Origin: Takakia lepidozioides
Lineage: Eukaryota > Plantae > Bryophyta
Length of the DNA stretch: 64,000 bases
Direction of reading: 5' to 3'
Assembly: GCA_030704615.1 (NCBI GenBank)
Contig: CM060732.1
Span: 37,572,001 to 37,636,000, forward strand
Made by a program: the position numbers and the translations under genes. This document shows, piece after piece, positions 15,069-27,484 of this stretch; the first letter of the stretch is position 1, and each line of letters opens with the position of its first letter. A model generated the notes under the pieces. It was not told the origin of the DNA. It searched no databases and worked only from the letters and a program-made list of their open reading frames with translations.

Positions 15069-18000
15069 GATTGTTGGCGCTGATCTCTTGCGCGACCCGC
15101 GAGAGGGACGAGAGACGAAAAGAAAGAGACAGACGACCCCCTGCCCTAAATGCGCTCAACAACAAGCACATAATTAAGTCGCCCTAATCATCAATTCACT
15201 AATACAAGACTTAATTAAACGGATGCAAAATGTCCACGGCCCTGAAGCATCCATGTACATCGTTATCAAAATACAGTGTTTCAGTGATATATATTTGTAC
15301 TAAGTACTGTGGCAGGAGGAGGAGGAGGAGAAGTCAATCCAGACTGCTGGACCTCCTTTCAGTCGTCCGAGCCAGATCCTTTTGTGGTGTATTGGCCGGA
15401 ATTCGTTGGTGTCTTTGTGGACTTACGTTTTTCTTGGCCTACAGAATTTGTTGGCTTTGTTGGGTTGTTTTGATCAAGCTGTCATCATGTTCAGAATTTT
15501 CTCGCACCACTGAGAAGGTGCAGTACTGTTTGCAGAAATTCTCGTGTGAAGAGGTGTTTGTTATTGTTGTCTTAGAGGAAAACCAGGATTTTGTTCAGAG
15601 AGACTCGGTGGGTCGAGTCCGTGTTACAACGCTCGATCTGGTATCTGGAACAATGCGGAGATGTTTTGAATATCCCTTTCTGTTTGGAAGGCTAAGTTTC
15701 AACACAATACATCGCAGCCTTTCGACCAGTTGGATCAGTCCGATTATTTGCATTACTGCAATGAAGGCCATCCGGTGAGTACTAAGTGCGGCCTTTCCCT
15801 CCAACACAGTGCTTTATTTGTTCTGAGCCTATAATCGCTGTGTGCATATGGTATTTTCTCACTTACGCAATTGCAGGAATGTGGACTCATGTGGATTCTT
15901 ATCTTTGTGATAGTTTTCCTAGCGCTGCTGTTACTCATGGATGGCATGGACATGTAAGGGTAAAAATTGCACGGAGTAGTTGTTACAATTCAATTGTGGA
16001 CATGGGGTGTGTCAGTCGGTCTTCTGTCTCTCCATTGTTTAAGTGGGGGATTGGTACTGTTGCCACAAGGCTCTGGCGAGCATAGTTCAATGAGTACATT
16101 CTCTATTTCCAGTTCTACTCCCGATGAGATGGATGCATGCACATGTCTTTTTGTATGCTTAAAACATCAAGGTCACAACTGTAGTGCTGGGGTTGTGTTT
16201 GCTTTAAAATATTTGAATGTAGGACACATAATGAGACTGGAGATTTATTAGAATGCAGGCAGATGATGTCAAAGATGTAGGCATCTGTGCTTCATGACTG
16301 AACCAGAGAGGAGACTCCCTGTAGGCGGGCTTTACGACTCGCCAGACACAATAGGCGAGTGTTATGCATGTTTCCTTGCCACATGGTGAGGTACATGTAT
16401 CTCTTAAATTGTTGTTTCAAGTAGCCGGGCATTCCAGTCAAAAGTGGGCACATTATGTTGTTCGTCTAGATTATTGTCATATCTTCTATTGGAGAGGGAG
16501 AGAGAGAGAGATCGAAACAGTGATTGAATTTTACATCTGACCAAGTTATCTTCTTTCTGTTTCCTCTTTTGATTGTTTCTTCTTCATGCATCTTCCTTGA
16601 TGTTTTGTCTCGGTGCCCGTGTGTTCATCTTTGATGCTCTTCTTCACCTTGGATGTGGCTATCTCATTTTATGTTTGGTTACTTCTTTTTATGCCAGTTC
16701 AGTAGTTACTACTCTTTCACATTGATGTATATGTTTAATCAGGTTTTGGTCTGATATCTTGTCATAACTCCCTTACTGCCATTGTGACCCGGCAATTGTG
16801 ATATGGGTGGATGGAAATGGAGGTCCCTGGAAAGATCCTGAAGAGGAGAAGGCCACAGCATCCCAACAGACTTCATGTGCATTTTTGGGTGGAGGAGGTA
16901 TGAGGTCTGGAACCATGCGATTTAATGTACGGATGTGCCTCTGTGTCTCTGTGGTGGCCATGCTGGATTGTCTAGCAGCCGGCATTTATATTCTGTCACG
17001 TCTCTCAATGTTTCAACATTCTTTTTCTTGCTTGTAGAGCTACTTTCCAGTGTCTCAAAACAGAAAGATGTGTGTAGCTGTGCTCACATCCTTTGGTTTG
17101 ACCCGGGTGGATGCAGTCTCATTCTGGGATATTCTGAGAACCATAGCAGGGTAATAGATACAATTCTCTGTTGCTTCCAGTGGCTTGTGGACATTAGACA
17201 GAATAATTTTAAGCCGAGGTATGTTGCTCTACCGGTTGTCTCCCCTTTCCTTTTGTGTGATACTCCAGTAGAAAGACTATCTAGGGCATTTTTTTATCCC
17301 CGTTCTGATTTGAAATCCTTCTTGAATGAAACATGTTCCATGCCCACACACTGCCATACTGGCTGGGTTGTACATTTTATTCTGCATTACAAGGCTGATG
17401 TGGCATTCTTAATGTTTGGTTACTTTGTCTCCTGTATTTGAAAGGAGTCAGGCTCTATCATGCAGCACCCCCAGTCACAACCCTCCCCTTCTCTTCCTTC
17501 CTTCCGAATCCCACCAAAGGATCAGGTAGGGTTAGTTTCCCGCGAGGTCAACAGCCATAAGGCTATGGCATGCCAACATTTGCAGGGAACAGCAAGAGTA
17601 CATTCTCTCCAGTCTGTGGTCACAAGGTTGCGGCTAAAACAACTTATGAATACATTGTCTCTTGACAGTGTGATTGGCAGTGTCACATCTGTGGCTGATC
17701 AGGGGCGCTGCAGCAGTGGTGGAATCAACACTCGTTGTCATTTATCAGAGAGTAATTGGCTTCGGGTAAGTGTATTAGATGGTCTCATATACCAAGAGGG
17801 CTGATGTTGGACGTCAAAAATTTCCTAACAGATATGACATTTATGCAGCAGGTGGACGATCACATTAGCCTTTTTCCTTTTTTTGTTTGCACCAGAGCCC
17901 TGAACTTCATCAAAATTAGAGCAAGGAAAACAACCTTGCGGGTGCCATGAAACTTACAAGATGTGAGAATTCATCCCCAAGGCACTCATTGCACTCTTTT

Positions 18001-19479
18001 AAAAATCACATTTCCACAAACTTCTGCAGCAAGCTACAAACTTTAGAAACCCAGAAGCTTAGGATTTTTGGTGGCAACGCCCCCTTGACTGTGCATGTGC
18101 CACGGCCAGAAACTGCTGGTGGAGAAAGCTCTGTGATGGCCAACATTCCCCGGGGTGACACGGTTGAATGGAGGTGTCTTTCAACCCCCCAAAATGTCAC
18201 TACAAAAGCGCCTATAGCTAATCTATGGATTAATAGGAATAAAAATCTGCCCCCTTCTCAAAAATTGCTTGGTCAAACAAAGCATCTCAAGCGAGTTTCG
18301 AGGTCATTCCAAATCACATTTGGTCCCCACATAATCCTGCAAAACCAACCCTCAAATTTTCTGGATTTTGGGATTTGGGAGATATGCATGAATCTGTAAG
18401 GTTCATTTTCATGGATGAGTGGTGGTAACTGAGTAGGGGTGGTGATTCTTAGAGGTTTGTTCCAAGACAGTTAAGGGGGTAAACATACTTGAACTTCCCT
18501 CACTCATAGGATCTCAGTAGAGGTGAAGCAGCATGCACAGATGGTAGGGCCATATACAATGGACATGTGGACTTCCAAAAATATCCAAGCACCAGACTTG
18601 CCAGCGAGAACTGAGTCAGATGTAATGGTTTTCACTGTCTTTGAGCTGACTGCCTGTCAAACCAAGCGACGCCCATCCTTTGCCAATAGTGAGATTTACT
18701 TTCATCCATAATAAACCTGAAAATCCATTTATTTTTCATAAATTGTTCAATAAGAAAGATGTTATCTGAGGAAGGTATTACCTTGAGAAGCATATGAGGA
18801 AGGAGTTTCCAGCAAAGGAGAGGAGGTAACGCCTGGGAAAGGCATAGTAGGGGCTTAGTGATTTTTGACACTCCTAGGTACTAAGCCTACTCTTTAGAGT
18901 AAGATATTATAAAAGCCCATAATCAATTGCATAAAAAATAGGGATGGATTATTGACAGGAAAAGCAACTTTAAATGAGCAACTTAGCTCCTTCGGCCTTC
19001 AGAGGTTATTTTTTCCACCACCTTTTCACGAATAAAGTTCCAGGGCCTCCGACCTTGTTTACTTTTTTAAATTGAGTGGTCCAAATCGACTAAGACTATA
19101 TTTGATCTAAAGCTCTCAATCTTGAATATACTGCAATAGTCGAAATATATGTGTAGAATAACCAGTGGCATATTCCAACATTGGAACAGATATGTGGAAT
19201 ATCCAGTGACCTGTTCCAAATTCAGAATATTTCAGTGCAAATTACGGCAATACTGCACTCCTATAGAACGTTAGCCAGCTTAATGCCTAATAATTATTCA
19301 AAACAAACTGATACATTAGGCATGTTCCCCAAACTATAGGCTCTCATTTTTTAATATTAGGGTCTTGAATGCACCTATGGGCCCCGCCAGTATGGCACAT
19401 GGGGTGAGCTCATAAACCCACCGCCCATTCATCGGGTCGGCGAGATTCTGAAATTTTTTTGTTCATTTACCACGGCGGA

Positions 19480-19655
19480 CCTTCTAGTGGACTGGGCATA
19501 CCCTCCAACAGACCGGCTCCAACCTTCTAACGGACCGGCAGACCCTCTAGCAGACCGACGAACGGACTGGGCAGACCCTCCTCCGGCAGACCGGCACACC
19601 CTCCTGCAGACCGACGAGCGGATTGGCAGACCCTCCTCCAGCAGACCGACGAGGG
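19480..19655 (+). repeat. Degenerate short tandem repeats (GGCAGACC core) that truncate the 3' end of LINE copy 1
   Basis: Repeated ggcagaccctcctcc.gcagaccg units visible directly. Confidence 0.6.
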
Positions 19656-20077
19656 GATATCGATCAAGGCAGAATATAAAATCGATAAAGTGGATGATGA
19701 GCTGCGGGGATGGTGAAGTAGATGGCGAGGCTTGAACAGGTAGTCCCTGGATAATGAGTATGTCCGGGCAAAGCCGGGCGGGGCATGAGCAGAGTATTCG
19801 AGTGCATGTGCATGGTAGAAACCATGGCGGCATGGTGTGGTCTGGTGGCCTCCCTTGGAAGGTACCGGCGTTAATGAGTGTGAATCATCGGGTTCACTAC
19901 AGGAAAAGGGGGGAGTTTCGACGCCGCGGCGTCGTAAAACAGCTTTTTTCGGGAGGGGGGAAGAACCAAATATGCGACGTCCGGGCGTCGCAAGCCCGTC
20001 GCCAAAAAAAAGTCGCAAATTTGCGACCAATGGGGTCGCAAATAGGCGAAACCGCGATTTGCGAAGCTCAGGCGTCG

Positions 20078-20109
<32 letters not shown>

Positions 20110-23100
20110 ACTCTATCATGCAGAATTAGCACCGTCCGGGGGTCACAAAGTGCGATGCCCGGACGTCACAATTTAAGGGGGTATATTTGAATTTAGGCGG
20201 GAAAATTTGAATTTGAAATTTGAATTTTAAAAACTTGTTGACCATTGACTCTGGTTCTGTCTAATGGCGATATATTCATTGTTCTACATATATCATGCAA
20301 TGCATACTTGAACCTAAGATCTCCACGTTATAACATTTATAAGACACTACAAACTAATCAACACACCTACGCTACATCTATGTATCACAAAAGCAATCTA
20401 TATATATATATATAACGATTTCTTTCAAGTTCCTTCTAAGGGGTCTTTCTTGTGACGTTGGGGAGTTGCAACCTCCACAACCTTAGTGCCCAGCCCCAAC
20501 CCCAGCGTCGTCGCCGTTGTTGCACCCCCCCACCGCCAGGCGCCCCAAACAACGTTCTTGTGATGACCTAAGCTGACCACAACACCATTGCGACCCACTG
20601 TGGCGACACCGTTGCGACCCTCTGGCGTCGCAACGTTGGGCGTCCCAACGCGGGGCGCCCCCAGCGATGCTTTTGTGAAGTTGAGGCCGCAAAGCCCAAA
20701 AAAATATTAAAAAAAAAAAAAAAAAAACTCTCACATTGGTGATGTTGTTGCGATGCCCTGGCGTCGCAGAGGCGCTGGGGCGCCCTTAGTGACGCTTTTG
20801 CGACGCCTCAGCTTGCAACGTCCAACCAAAAAATATATATATTGGATTTCCGACGCCGGGGCGTCGCAAGAAAAAAATTTCGTCGCAGCGAGGGCCCTTT
20901 TTTCCCCTTCATGTCACCTTACGACGGCTGGGCGTCGTAATGGTGTCGCAGCGGGGGATTGCGACGTCGAGGCGTTGCAAAAAAGCGTCGCGGGCTCGGC
21001 GTCGAAGGCTTGATGTCGCGCGGGGCGTGGAGGCGCAGCTGGCGTAAACCCCCCCCCCCCCCCCCCCCCCCCCGCCCCATTTGCTGTAGTGGTTTCGGCG
21101 TGTTTTATGAATAATTTGTGGAGATGCCAGACTGCTTGGTTGTGTCGAGTGATATGAAGACCATGGATAACCGGATGCGTGCACTAGCTCAGGAGGTGCG
21201 GCCAGGTATCACGTGCATTGTGAGTTGTGGAGCACAGTGGGCAGTAAGGTGATGGATAGAGATATGGCCAGAAAATGTGTTTGCGTTGATGACCCATGTA
21301 TTGGGCGTATCTGAATTTAAGTGTCTGGCGGATTTGTGCATCAGTGATAGATTTGGTGTGCCAGAAGTGGTTCGAGAGTTTGTGATGTAATACCTCGGAT
21401 TGGGTCCATTTTTTAATATGTATTTTGGTATGACTGATAGAGGCTACGGCCTGTTTGTTTGCTTCATGAGTGAGGGTGGCCAAGAGATTGCGTGTGGGTC
21501 GTGGTGCGGTAAGGTTCGGAACTGGGTGTATAAACCAAAAGGGATAGGAGTGGGCGATGTGGATAGGATCGTTGGTTGGTTTGACTCTGAGTTTGGTGGC
21601 ACCGAGCTGAGTGAGGAGGTCGGCCTCCTCATTCCCTTGAATGTCAGTGTGCGAGCATACTTTGAGTAGGTGTACTGGGTGTTTTATAGAAACGGCGGCG
21701 TTGACAATGGCTGAGATGAGGTTGCGGTCAGGATGGTGGTGGTGGGAGGAGGGGCGGGCAATGTGGTGCAGATGAGGAATAAGGAGGTAAGGCTGTCAAT
21801 GAAGATGAAGTATGGGGGGGGAGAAATGTATCGAGTAGGAGGAGAGCATCGTATATGGCCATAAGTTCGGCCCTGAGAATAGTTGAAGGGCCAGGGAGTT
21901 TGAGGGTCACCCCTCTCCCCGTACCTGCGTGATAGATACCATAGCCTGCATTAGTTTGAGTAAGGGATCCATCAGTGTAATGAGAGTTCGCAAGGGGGTA
22001 TTTGAGGGGGTAGGATTGTTGATAGAACGAAGGAACTGGGGGAAGATGATCTGTTGGTGTGGGCTGTGGGGGGCGTTGCAATGCCTCAATCCAGGCTTTA
22101 TTTGTTTTAATTCGGGGGAGGGGGATAGGTATATTTGTACAATGGAGAATATGTGGGTGATGGATGATGGTCTTTATTTTATGAGTAACGGTTAGTAGAT
22201 GTTCTAGTTTGTGATAGAAAGGTGTGGGTATGGCAGCGTGGTGGGGGTTTTGGACGTGGATTCTTTTTGCCTAAGGTATTTGGGAAAAGGGGGGGTATGG
22301 GTATATTTAAGCTGGTTTGGGTCAATTGTGGCTAATAGCTTGATCTCTGTAGGGAGGCGTAGAAGTGGATGAGAGATGGTAGGTGTGTTTTTGTTGTGTA
22401 AGGATGAGAATGGTTGAAGCATAAGAAGAGGAATGTGCAGCAAATTTGGCCCATTGAAGTGCTTCATGAGCGACGGGTCCAGATGGAGGGTGAGCGAAAC
22501 CATGGCCCTCCTAGGTATGCTGGGTAGCATTAGCAGTGGCCCCAAAAATGTAGTCCCTATGATGTGGGCTGGCAAAGGTGTCGAGTTCCATAGGGTAGGT
22601 TAGTGGGTTGGAGTAGTATGAATGAGTGATCTGGAATATCTTGATAAGTAAGACGAGAATATCTTGGGGAATAGTGTGATGTGTGCTTGCCATTTCTAGT
22701 AGTGCAAGGGAACGCGGTTTTTTAGGTGAAGTGTCTTTGAGATAGCGGTCGATAAGCCAATATACTTCTGTGGCAAAATCTTGTTTAAGTGGAAGTAGCT
22801 CATGTGAGCATGTCTTTGGGGTAGAGTATTTGTTCCATAGCCATGTTAATCTATTGTTGGGGATGAGCCCTATGTAGCGGCCATTTTGTGCATATATACT
22901 AGCAAGGCCGGGGCCCATGCGGATTAGAGGTTGAGCATGTTGGATATCTTTGTCAGGGTTACATTCAGCTATGCATATGTATATGTTGGGGGCCGAGATC
23001 GGTTTATGAATGTATCTGTTGTTTGTATGTTGAATGGGGGTGGCATGTTGTTGGTAAATATGTGTTAGGGAGTCAATGTTAGTGGTTTTGTAGAACATGG

Positions 23101-23780
23101 TGAGAATGGTGAGATTGTGGTCTGGGTCACAATCGTCATGTGGGCCAAATAGATCATCTTCTATTTGTCATGTGTTGTCTTCGTCAGGGTAGCCGGCCCA
23201 CTTGCAATGGTAGTATGTGTCAACACAGGTGGCCCGAAGGCGTCAATTGACGTTTGGGTTTTAATACCTAGACATAGGCATCCAAGTTATCAGAGTTATG
23301 CGGGGAGGTAGGGTGAGACATTGTGGGGGATAGTGGGGGATGGGTGGAAGTGTAGTGAATTCATTTTGCCTTAGAAGTCGGCGCCGTGTTGCTGTGGTAA
23401 GTTGGGTAAGGGTAGTAATGTGACGTTCTTTGAAGTAAGTGAGGATGGGAATTTTTTGTTTTGGGTGAGAGACTTCGAATCGTGATAGAGAAGGACTTGT
23501 GACCCACGTGTTCCAGTGGTGAAGAGGTGTTTGTGGTAGCCTGGTAGGTCCGTTTGTATACTTATTTTCATTTGGCGGAGGATGAGTAGTGTACGCGCAG
23601 TGGGGGAGTGTATGCAAGCTTGTGGGTATAAGGATGACAATGAGTGGAGACCGTTGTATTTTTGGGCAAAGAATCTGAGAAGCCCCTGATAGATGATACT
23701 AAGGCGCCCGATGTCACTTAGCGCTTCTTTCAATTGTGTACCTAATGTGTGGGCGTACGAAATAATTAATAGGCTGACAA
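19655..23780 (-). mobile_element. Decayed RNase H- and RLE-bearing non-LTR retrotransposon (Dualen/RandI-like), copy 1, interrupted by the CACTA element at 19895-21091
   Basis: Order on the minus strand: GTQLKEALSDIGRL, chromo-like YYHCKWAGYPDEDNT*, FGA...AHPP MTase-like region, RNase H (YTDGS, RAEL, DS, GNEEAD), CPLC...HLLS*C..HITRHN knuckle, then PDILIIQGLP...HFIDFIFCLDRYP endonuclease; stops and frameshifts. Confidence 0.8.
19895..21091. mobile_element. Non-autonomous CACTA (En/Spm) DNA transposon, 1197 bp
   Basis: Left end CACTACAGGAAAAGGGG, right end reverse complement CACTACAGCAAATGGGG; 3-bp TSD GTT (19892-19894 and 21092-21094); GCGTCGC/GCGACGC subterminal repeats; removing it restores the host LINE reading frame. 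Confidence 0.92.
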
Positions 23781-26643
23781 TATTTGAACACCAAACCTCG
23801 TGTTTATTGTACATTGCCCTGACAACAAGCATGTAGCCGAGTTGTAAGCCAAACTATATCTTCGCATTAGGCAACTTCATAAATATATACATTTTAACGA
23901 ACAACAGTGACATATTTTTTAGTTAAACGCATGAAAAGATAAAAATGATTTTATGAGTATATACCCGGGTCTCAGTAAAGGTAACAAATGAGAACCAGGC
24001 GGGGGTGTCATTGAGCAATACCCGGTTGTTTGGTAGAATGTAGGTTTAGGGAAATTGACCTAACCACCTGCAAACCATACTAGTCGCAATATGGCTGTTG
24101 GCGATGCTGTAATTGAGACCAATACTCAAGGGCGAGCAGTTGAAAATGGGAGGGGTAGGCATTATGACGTTAGGACGCCCCATGTCATGGTTTTAGTCAT
24201 GGTTGATTAGAATTACCTGCTTCTAGTTAACTAGGACATTTTGGATATTTATATTTGTATTTTGTGTGTTGGGACTTCATTTGGTCTCATATGCCAAGTG
24301 AGGTGTCAAGCCACCTCACTTGGAACATGGGGGATGGGTTTTCCCCTTGTGAGGGTTGAGGAGGGCTCATCTTTTTGTAGTTGAGCCTCCATGAGCCTCT
24401 CTGTGATTCTATGGTCAAACGATGTTTTGAGACTCGTGAAGATATTTGAAGCTCCTCAACGATCCCAATAAAGCACATAAATTTGACACAACCTTCCCAA
24501 AGAAACTTGCACATGCGCGATTATTTTTTGAGCTACGCGAAGGAGGCCAAAGAAATACAACAATCACAGCACCAAGTCGGAGACAAAAATCAAACTGCAT
24601 TGCAAGCAATATGAGAAAGGTTTGAAAAGATTTGCTCAAAATTCCGAGTAATTAGGCACTTTTGCCATATAGTTTCCGATCAATTAGGCAAAAATATGAA
24701 AAATTACTAAAATGTATTAGGCGCGTTGAATTTGACTTAAATATTATTGCCTAACCGGCTATATGGGTACTGTAGTAATGGAAAGAAACCACCTCTTAAA
24801 GGAATAATCCAACCCTATCTTATGTGCAAAAGCGTATATGTACAAAGCGGTCAATCGCAACCAGCCCTACCTTTTTAGGCGAGATTCAGCCTAAAAGCAC
24901 AAAAAAAAAAGTGGGCCCGCAACACCCCTATGCAAAAAAACAGGGCCCTGAAAAATAAATTAATAATAATAATAAAACCAGGGAATGTCGGTTCCTTGGC
25001 CATGTGGTGCCAGAAGGCACCAAGGGAACTGACCCTGGTTTCCATAACCGAGGGGCGCCGGCCCCATCGCACCAGGATCTCGCCACTTGCACCTCTCAAA
25101 GTCCAGGCATGGGCATGCGCTAATTTCGCCACCTATTTCTACCTCCATTTCCAGATGTGTTCCCTGGGTAATATACCTATATAAGTTATGTAGAAATCGC
25201 CATATTGTACCACATATATAACCTGGTAGGATCGGAGAAGACTATGTTTACTCAACGAGTTGAATGCAAGCGTGGGAGCCTTGCGATACGGTCATCTGGA
25301 ATGGCCGTACCGACGAACGTTCCGACAGGGCATCGTGCATGTTGTCAAATCCCCATCTCCCCTTGCTCCCCTCTCACCTGGAGCCTGTATTGTAGACTAC
25401 AAGATTATAAAATCAAAGGTTTGGCAAGAAGTGGATGGTAGTGGGGTGGCTAGGTGATATATGTTCCAACGACAAGGTTGGAGATTCAATTTGTGGTGGT
25501 CAAAGTACATTGAGTGATTGGTTGTACATGTGATTAATTAATTATATTTTTCATCTCCAAAATAATTCTAAGTCCAAGATCCTCACTTTGCTCCGTGTTC
25601 CCAATCGCTCCTTTGTCCCCTCCTTGTTCCTAGCCCCTCTCCCCTATCCCTGTCCCTTGTCCTCATCCCCCGTTCACGGTCCCGCTCACCTCCTCGCCCA
25701 TGTGGAATGCGGCTTGCTCCCCTATTCCCGGTCCCTGCTCCCCTTTCACTATGGGGATAGTCCGTGAACGGGAACATAATAGCAAAATTGGAGAATGTTT
25801 GGGAACATGGTCCCGAAGGTGGGGAGCATGAGGAGGGAACAATAGGTGTGGAGCGCTCCCCACCTTCGCAATGGGGGGATGAGGGTTGACTGATAGTCTC
25901 CAGGAGCCTCCGCCCAGCCCGGCCACCACCTCCAGCCTGGCCACCACCTCCCCCGCATGCCTTAAAACTCGTTGGGTAGGCGTAGTCCTTGGCCATAGGA
26001 TTCCGGTGGACATTGTACCAGTCGCCACCTCTGCACTTCAGGTAGAAACACCCAAATATGAGCAGGTCTCAAAATGGACCCTTATTTTTGGGGTGTAAAG
26101 TGGTCCCGCCTGGCCTTAAATGACGACCTTACTGCCAACGGGCTGTTTTAGGTTCCTTCATGGGCATTGTGGGCCCCATGGTGCTTTGTTAGATGAACAA
26201 AAACGTACTGAATATTGTGAGCAGCGTATTTGCCAAATGGAGGCCTTTTATAGGATACCTTTTGCTCTTGTGGGCCGAGCTCTTGGGTGAGTTATTGGGC
26301 CATTTCAAGTGCACATCTTGTGCATGTCAGGTCACATGTAGGCTTCATATTAGATAATATTTCAGTGAGTTATGGTACCCTCTATAGCTCATTTTTGTGC
26401 CCTGCCACTTTGATAATATATATCATTTAGCCACTTCATCCAAAATTCATGCAATTCAAACCACAAGCTGTTTGTTCAATTGCTCATCCAGTCATATAAC
26501 TTTTCCCCTTACTGCACCAATTGTACGGGCATATCTGCTTAAGCGCTCACATTTGGGTGTAACTACCTTAATCCCAAAAACAATTTGTCGCGGCCACACC
26601 TACAACATGAAGTGCCATCCAAAAATTAACCTATCAAAATAAA

Positions 26644-27484
26644 TAGTACTTTTTCAATTCATCCTTCACCTTCCTACCTTTTTTTACTAAAAAATTAAGT
26701 GATGAATCTCAAATCGATCAATAGAAGGCTGATGGATAGTCGTGGTTGAATAAACCATGGCCCACTCTTCTTTTCGATTATCGCAGATGGAACCGGCCAC
26801 TAAGGGGGAAATGTAGGATCGGCCTCCAAATCCGGTGAGATTGAGGGATTGAACAGTTTTCGTTTGGAATAGAAGAGCCTGATGGCACATCATGCACATA
26901 TATCAATTTCAAAAGGAGTTCGTAGTACTTTTTCAATCCATTCTTCACCTTCCTACCTTTTTTTACGAAAAAATTAAGTGATGAATCTCAAATCGATCAA
27001 TGGAAGGCTGATGGATAGTCGTGGTTGAATAAACCATGGCCCACTCTTCTTTTCGATTATCGCAGATGGAACCGGCCACTAAGGGGGAAATGTAGGATCG
27101 GCCTCCAAATCCGGTGAGATTGAGGGATTGAACAGTTTTCGTTTGGAATAGAAGAGCCTGATGGCACATCATGCACATATATCAATTTCAAAAGGAGTTT
27201 GTAGTACTTTTTCAATTCATCCTTCACCATCCTACCTTTTTTTACGAAAAAATTAAGTGATGAATCTCAAATCGATCAATGGAAGGCTGATGGATAGTCG
27301 TGGTTGAATAAACCATGGCCCACTCTTCTTTTCGATTATCGCAGATGGAACCGGCCATTACAGGGGGAAAGGTGGGATTGGCCTCCAAATCCGGTGAGAT
27401 TGAGGGATTGAACAGTTTTCGTTTGGAATAGAAGAGCCTGATGGCACATCATGCACATATATCATTTTCAAAAGGAGTTCGTAG
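26644..27484 (+). repeat. Tandem repeat, three near-identical 279-bp units
   Basis: Units start at 26644, 26923 and 27202 with TAGTACTTTTTCAAT; the same 70-aa ORF appears twice in the track. Confidence 0.95.

Noticed and set aside
26687-27178. Two identical 70-71 aa ORFs
   Set aside because: By-product of the 279-bp tandem repeat; no recognisable motif
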